Source: Camelus ferus (Eukaryota). Taken from it: a DNA stretch of 60,000 nucleotides. Below are positions 53,271 to 60,000 of the stretch, one piece after another; the first letter of the stretch is position 1; every line of letters begins with the position of its first letter. The position numbers and the translations under genes were made by a program. The notes under the pieces are model-generated. The model was not told the origin of the DNA, searched no databases, and saw only the letters and a list, made by a program, of their open reading frames with translations. The stretch covers positions 113,400,001 through 113,460,000 of the forward strand of contig NC_045696.1 in NCBI RefSeq assembly GCF_009834535.1, written 5' to 3'.

Positions 53271-54770
53271 CTAGAAAAGAGGGGCAAATCAGGTAATTAG
53301 ACACACGATAACATATAGTTTCTACTTTTGCAAATCTGAACAGTAAAGTCACTAACTTCAGAAACAGGTTAATGATTAAAATTACCCCAAAAGGAAAAAG
53401 TAACTTATTTCCTTCCCTATTTCCTACTACTCTTGCTTCCTCAAAGTTCAAAGCCATATAATTCCCACTGATTAGGCATTCTGAGCACATGCAGATTCAA
53501 ACCTAAAGTTTTTCATTTTCCAATCTATTCCTAAAAGGAATGAAAAACCTTCCTGAGTGACACAGTTTAGGGTCAACAAGTTGTTTTGGCCGTGAAGAAA
53601 TCTGGTTCTCGCCCTCTCTTTGCTTCCCTCATTATACCTTTATATGACTCAATCCCAGAACAATGAGTTCATCTTTTACCTTCCCCAGCACTTGGCTGAA
53701 ACAAAGGTCAGTCAAGAACAGATTAACATTTGGAACTCCAGATAAAGTAATTTCTCCAGATGAAAAACCCTTCACGGCTGTTGCTCCCAAAATCTTTGTT
53801 TTGATGCTCCCTGAAGACTCTATGATTATCCACTAAACTCCAAGAAAACACTCTTTTCTCTCCACACACTTCTGCCGTTGGACTTGCAGACACATTTAAC
53901 TCTAAGCAGCTCTTAAGGAATCCAGACTCACTACTTGCTTTCCTGACTCACTATTTACAGTAAATGTCAAAGAGGCTGGAAGGAGAATGCACGCTGGAAG
54001 CTAACTCCCTCTTCACGGAGCTACTTTCAGAACACTCTTCATAACTTCATTCATGTAACCTCCACAACCCCCTGAAAACTGACCCAGACCTCTTAGAGAC
54101 TGTAAACCTGCAAGGTTAAGAAATAGCATTTAAAATTACTCTTAGGGTATAATTTCAAACTTCTTCCCTCAAAGCAATAACATGTTGCAAGAGTAACCTC
54201 AGGGCCAAACATGTTATTTTTCTGAATCCCAGGCCAAACAAGTAATTCTCATCTTCTCTGCCAAGTTCTGCCGTGGTTTCTTTTTCTCTCTCCATCGTCA
54301 GCAAACATGTATTGGCTTTTCCAATGTGCATCAGATACAAAGGTTAATTATCCTTCTTCCATCGCTGTCCTGAACTTTTATTTAAACCTACTGTTTTCCT
54401 GTTTCCATTTATTTCTTAACAAGAGAGACTATAAGCACCTAGGGTCTCTTAATTCTCTGTACATGCTTTACAGGTAATAAGCCTGCCATAAAGATTTCTA
54501 AGACCTACTTCTCTATCTTTGTGAAGCCCACATCTAATAACATGGACAGATCCTTAACAAGATGAAACATCACTAGGAAGTCACAAGTAAAACAGGCATT
54601 TTTGAGAACCTAGATGACTATTTGAAAGAGAAAGTGAATTTTACACATTCCCAAAGGAACAACTGCAATTTAAGCATTCACTCTGAAATGAAAACCTTCC
54701 TTGCTAGAGGGAAATGATTCCCCAATCTTTTTTTAGGTAAGAGTCACACTTTTAAGTCATTCAAGTTCAA

Positions 54771-54772
<2 letters not shown>

Positions 54773-54800
<28 letters not shown>
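54773..54800 (+). repeat. (AC)14 microsatellite in intron 1
   Basis: Perfect dinucleotide run. Confidence 0.95.
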
Positions 54801-54804
<4 letters not shown>

Positions 54805-55284
54805 CAAAATGCTGTAGCCAAATCAATTCCAAAGAACAGAAAGACATTTCTGTTTACGGAGAACAAAAAAAGGCAAAGGAATTTTAAGTCACTTTTAGTC
54901 TGTCATGTTGACATTAGGAGCCAGATATATACTTAAGTACCAATTATACATATCCAAGCCGGGAAGCCCCTAAGAAGTAAAATGCTACCACAACTCTCAG
55001 GGAGTTTGATTACAAACCAGAAGAGAAGTTGAAACAGGTGCCTACTACGCCAAGAGAAACACAACAGTGATCATCATACACAGTAATATGCACAAATGCA
55101 ACTAAATGTACTTGAGTCTTAAAGACAAAAAATATCAACAATGTGGACAATTCCATCCACTTTCCACTCCTGAAGCATATGCCTGGCATCAGTCTTGTGG
55201 TGGAGGTATGAATCTGCTCTTTCTATAGTCTGATCCATTTCCAAATGCCCTTGACATGTGCTTATCACCTGCCCAGAGCAAAGC

Positions 55285-55440
55285 CAGTCATCCTCAAAGT
55301 GTGGTCCTGGACCAGCGGCTTCAGCATCACCTGGAACTCTCTTAGAAATGCAAGTTCTCAGGCCCCACTCCAGATCTATTCAATCAGAAACATTAATCAC
55401 CTTGATGATTCTGAATCACAGTGAAGCTTGAGAACCACTG
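55285..55440. mobile_element. MER5-like MITE
   Basis: ctcaaagtgtggtcctggaccagc...cagcatcacctgg...ttgagaaccactg. Confidence 0.8.
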
Positions 55441-56684
55441 TCACAAGCCAACTACGTCATCTGTGCTCAATGGGAGAAAAAGCAACCAAGGAGAATTTTA
55501 ATAATAGGAATTTCATTTACCACTGATTTTAAAATCTAAAAGCTCCTAACACTCCAAACACAAGAAAGAGATTCCTAACTTTGAATTTATTCCACCATTC
55601 GGAGAGATTATGCAAAATAAATATCATCAGAACCACCTGCTGCTTTTTTCAAAATACACATTTCCAAGGCCCTGCCCAGACTAGAGAAGGCACTCTCAGG
55701 ATTGAGCACTTGAACAGGTTCTCCAGGTGATTCTCTGCACGCTGAAGTAGAAGGACGGCTACAACCAGTGAATTCAAGCACAAACTGGCCCACAGCTTTC
55801 AGGGTTGATTTTTCAGACATAACTGCCTGAGTATCCCTAACACACGGAGTCCAAAGAGAAATGATTTTAAACTGGAAGTCTATCAAATGTCATGGTGCTG
55901 GGTAAAACCACCGTGCCAGATGTTTTTATAAAACTTTAGAGATCTGAAGATCCCATTAGAAATTCCAGGTGGTAGCAAACTGCTACTTTTTTCACACTTG
56001 CTTTTGCTCAGAATGGGATACAAAGAAAAATATTATCCTTAGTCCTCAATAAATTCCCCCAAAATTCACAGCTATCTGTCTGAAGTACTATCTCAGGTAG
56101 TAAATTCACTAACATCTCATTCTCTCAAAACATGAGAAAGTAAGGCCTTCCTAGGGCCAGCATTTGAGTCAGCCATTTCTGTTCATAAGGTCTTCTACCT
56201 CCGCTTGGAAATGAACACGCTATCCTGGCGGCTTAAGAACCGGATTAAAGCCCTGATTGGGCAATGGAAGGTATTGTTATTAATTACCCAAATCGCGCCT
56301 GCCTTTGCAAAAGCTCCAAAATCACACCTAAGAAAAATTACTGGGCTACTATCAATCCAGTTAAGATTCAATTCCTGTCTTTAGGAAGTTCAACAATCAT
56401 TTACAACAAGCATCTGCGCCAGGAGCCATGGAACCAAAGATGATCCACCGAGAGGCAGCTACATTCTCTTATCAAAACCTTTGGCACTGACTTGGCTGTC
56501 TTAGCACGTATCAGACACCAATCTACCAACCTGATGGTGAGCAACCCAAATAGGTTAAATTTTAATTTCCTAGAAGGTAAGGAGTACATCTAGAAGTTCC
56601 TCAACTCAATGAAGAAAGGGAAGTGAAAAACACAAATCAGCAAGAATGTCGAGAATAAAATGACACAATTTCACATCATATTTC

Positions 56685-56825
56685 ATCCTCACAAGAACTC
56701 TATAAGTTGGCTTCCATTACCCCATTTTACAGAAGAGGAACTCAGACTCGGAGAGGTTAAGTAACACAGCTACCACGTGGCAGGGCCAGGGCTAAAAAGT
56801 CAAGGCTGTCTAATTCCAGAGCAGG
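56685..56825 (-). mobile_element. MIR in intron 1
   Basis: ccccattttacagaagaggaactcagactcggagaggttaagtaac. Confidence 0.75.
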
Positions 56826-57393
56826 GACTACTGTTTCTTACTGAGGAGAACCTAGGCAAGCAAGTCACTTTCAGTCTCTCTAAACCTGAGTCATCTTCTA
56901 CAAAATGGGAATATCTGCCTGAGTTATTACAAGATTGAAAAGAAATGGTGTTTATAAATGTGCTTTTTTACACGAAGAGTTTTTAACGATAAAGCAAGAA
57001 AGGTCAAATCCCTGAACCAGCAAGTCCAACACCTCCAGAAACAGGCAGAATGTATCTTAGTTGCCTCCAGCTAAAATTAGCTGAGGCAGAGTCTTCTCTA
57101 TTTTTAGTTGAAAAGGACCCTGGAGCTGGGCCAGGTTCCCAGGCTAGGGCTTACCCAGTGGTCAACTCCAGACAAGCCAGAAGTCAACATCCAATTTTGT
57201 CCTGCTGGGAAGCACTTGCTGTCCCTGCAGATACTGGGATTTTCTTACTCTAATTCTAGACTTGCCCATCATCAAATTCCCCACTGCCCATCATCCTGGA
57301 AAGTATGTTTATGTTCAAGTCATGACTGTACTTTTTTTTGCCTGTGGCTTAAAACAAAACATTTTTAACCATTAAGAAGCTTTAGTTTTCTCA

Positions 57394-57523
57394 GGGGGAG
57401 GGTATAGCTCAGTGGTAGAATGTGTGCCTCACATGCACAGGGTCCTGGGTTCGGTCCCCAGTACCTTCATCAAAAGTAAATAAAAACCTAATTACATCCC
57501 CCCAAAAAAAACTTTTTTAAAAG
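57394..57523 (+). mobile_element. tRNA-derived SINE (camelid type)
   Basis: A and B boxes; perfect 15-bp TSD GCTTTAGTTTTCTCA 57379-57393 / 57524-57538. Confidence 0.92.
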
Positions 57524-59009
57524 GCTTTAGTTTTCTCATTTTAAAAGTAAGTTATTAATAATTTCTACTCACAGGATGATAGAGTGGATCTAATGAAGCA
57601 CTAAACTTCCAACTGTGTGCTAGTGTCAGGGCTCCAGAGAACATGGTCCCTTCCCTAAAACACCTTTATAGGCCAACTGAGGACACAGCTATGTTAACCA
57701 CTCATTCCAATGCAATGTGAGCAATGTTTCATACAAATTACTGTGACCTGCTGATGGCACAAGAGCGCTATGGAGGGCAAAGATCAAGAGAGGCGAACAT
57801 AGCCAAGGTGACAAGTGGGATCTTAAAGAATATGTAAATTATTAAAGGACATACCATGTAAGAGATTATTTAAGAAAACAAAGAACACAGTGACAAAAAG
57901 CAAAACGATCTTATTTTGTAAAACAGTGTTCTTGTCTTCATGTAAATGGGGGGGAGTGGCAGGGGGGTAGTGTAATCTAGTGTCTGGGGACAAAACCATA
58001 CTAGCAGCAAGATTAAAAAAAGAGGAATGATGAAATTGGGAGGCTCTGCTGAGCCCTGTCCTTCTTCCACCAGCTATGACCCTATACCACTGCAAACTGT
58101 ATGGATGCATTCAGTATCTTCTTCACCCTCAAGAAGACAGGACCACCAAAGTTTTGCATATACCTTCAAATGTTCTATGGCTAAAACCTAGCACAGCACA
58201 GTAGTTACCTTGTGCTCCCCAAGTAGACTTTCTGGATTCAAAATCAGGCTCTCCACTTGCCTGGGTAAGTTACTAAACTTCAATTTACTTAGACCCTCAC
58301 CTTCAAGTGGTGACAGCAGTACTTTCTTTCATAGAATTCATGTGAAGTATCAAAGTAGTAACACATGTAAAGGGCCTGGCATATAAATGCTCAACAGATA
58401 CTGGTGATTATTATTTTACCATCATTATACTGGAAGAGTTCGATCAGAATAGTTCAAACAAAACCAACCCTCTACCCATTCTTCTTTCCTTCAGTTTTGA
58501 AGGTGACATCTACACCCAGTGGGTTCTCTGTAGGTTTATTTCCATGCTACCTTCTGAATCCCTTAACTCCAATGACTAGTCAAGCAACTTCCTGCTTCAC
58601 TTCTGATTCTTCCCACTATCTTATTGCTTCTCTCTCCAAGTGAAGTTTTCCTTACTCTTACCTTCCTCTGATCTTTTCTTTCAAGTTTGGAGAAACATGG
58701 TAGAATACAGATTTATAAAGATAAGAATGTGGGAATGTTTTCCTAATTTTTAAAATGTGCATTACCCCCGTGGTTATGAAGTTCGTGCAATAAAAAAACT
58801 GCTATACTCAATCAAAATCTGTGACAAAAATGTGGAGTCAATTTCTACAACATCACTATTTCACATCTGTATTAGTCATGGAGAGGGCAGAGACACAATG
58901 TGTCATGATTTATAGGACAGAGAGACTGGTCACTGGTTGACTATGTATTGACTAATAAAATGGTATCCACCCAAAGGGAGGAGACAGAGGTATGCCACAC
59001 AACACTGAA

Positions 59010-59330
59010 CTTGGCCCCATCCTAGCAACATTTACAACAATCAGGAGGAAGTTAAAGGGAATGCTTATCAAAGTTCCCTCAGAAGGATGGCAGAAATTAT
59101 TAGTATACTGGGTAACAGCTTGTGACAACCTGACCTTGAAGCCAAAAGGAGTAAGAGAAAATTTAAGAAGGGTAACTTCAAGTTCCTACAGTTCAGGTCA
59201 AACCATTAACTGCACGATGGATGAAACCTAGCTTCAAAACAGTTCACATGAAAAGGTTCTAGTTGACTGCAAGGTTACTGTGAGTCAGCAAAGCAATATG
59301 CCACAAAGGCAAAGCCTGCAGAGAATTCAC
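59010..59330 (+). mobile_element. CR1/L3 fragment
   Basis: acagttcacatgaaaag...gttgactgcaag...tgagtcagca motifs of CR1 ORF2. Confidence 0.5.
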
Positions 59331-60000
59331 TTACAGCAGAATTCCCAGCTTGGAACTTGGTAACCGTCCAACAACTTCCACAGGAGCCTGTTCACTTCTG
59401 GGTGCCACATCCCCAAGGGTAACAAGGATGACGATCAGAAAAAAACAACAGAGCAAAGACCAAGGGCTGAGAACTAACAATGGAAGAACTGGCAGGGGAT
59501 GGGAGCAGGAAGCCGGTGTCAATAATCATCCAAATGAAATGTAATCATTTGTAGCCACAAAAGCCAAAATTAACATCAGACATAATGTTCCAGTAAAGTT
59601 CAAAACAGAAAAAAACCTTTCTAACCACCTGGGACGCCCACCTTATCCGATTGCAAAGCTGGAGGAATTCACTTACGCTGGGTTAGAGGGGGTTGAACCT
59701 TACAATCTCTAAATTCTGACCAAGTGAAACTTCAATTCCATGATAGATTTACTCAAATTTTTAAACTATCCTCCAAGGGGTAAGTAGGCCCACAGGTAAC
59801 GAAAACACAGAAAAATGACTTTTTTCACTGTTGGTGGAAAATTCACAATGTTAGGAGGGTATGGTTTCTAGAAAAAGTAACTTAAAAAAAAATAACTGGT
59901 TGCTTCTGCAACCTCATTGGCTTCAGGGAAGGGCCATCCTTCGTCTAGGGTCAGACAAAGGGCAGAAGGGAACCCGGAATTGTTCTGTGGCGCTGAAACA

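Noticed and set aside
53271..53490. 74-aa N-terminal extension in ORF 52966..53490
   Set aside because: Intronic sequence upstream of a good acceptor at 53271; similarity to NR1D2 starts at the exon boundary
1..60000. CRISPR array or prokaryote-type defence system
   Set aside because: No regularly spaced repeat-spacer structure or operon; the sequence is intron-containing mammalian DNA

Overview
Mammalian genomic DNA, probably camelid, judged from three copies of the tRNA-derived SINE GGGGAGGGTATAGCTC... and the style of the young L1 3' ends. The right half holds coding exons 2-8 of NR1D2 (Rev-erb beta) on the minus strand (53270 down to stop codon 37358). All have GT-AG boundaries and one continuous frame; a long 3'UTR follows, and exon 1 lies beyond the window. 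The left ~33 kb is repeat-rich (L1, L2, MIR, CR1/L3, MaLR/ERVL LTRs, an ERV1-type solo LTR, hAT fossils). It also has an orphan CpG-rich promoter-like element near 15.1-15.4 kb with candidate minus-strand splice sites. I see no CRISPR array and no convincing novel multi-gene system. The best leads are: an apparent Cys374->Arg loss of the heme redox-switch cysteine, an intron-5 stop plus poly(A) signal giving an LBD-less isoform, the orphan promoter, a tailless tRNA-Gln retrocopy, a SINE-L1 chimera, a TTAA-ended MITE carrying E'-boxes, and a duplicated miR-365 site. Repeat family names and human comparisons are from memory, and old-repeat boundaries are approximate.
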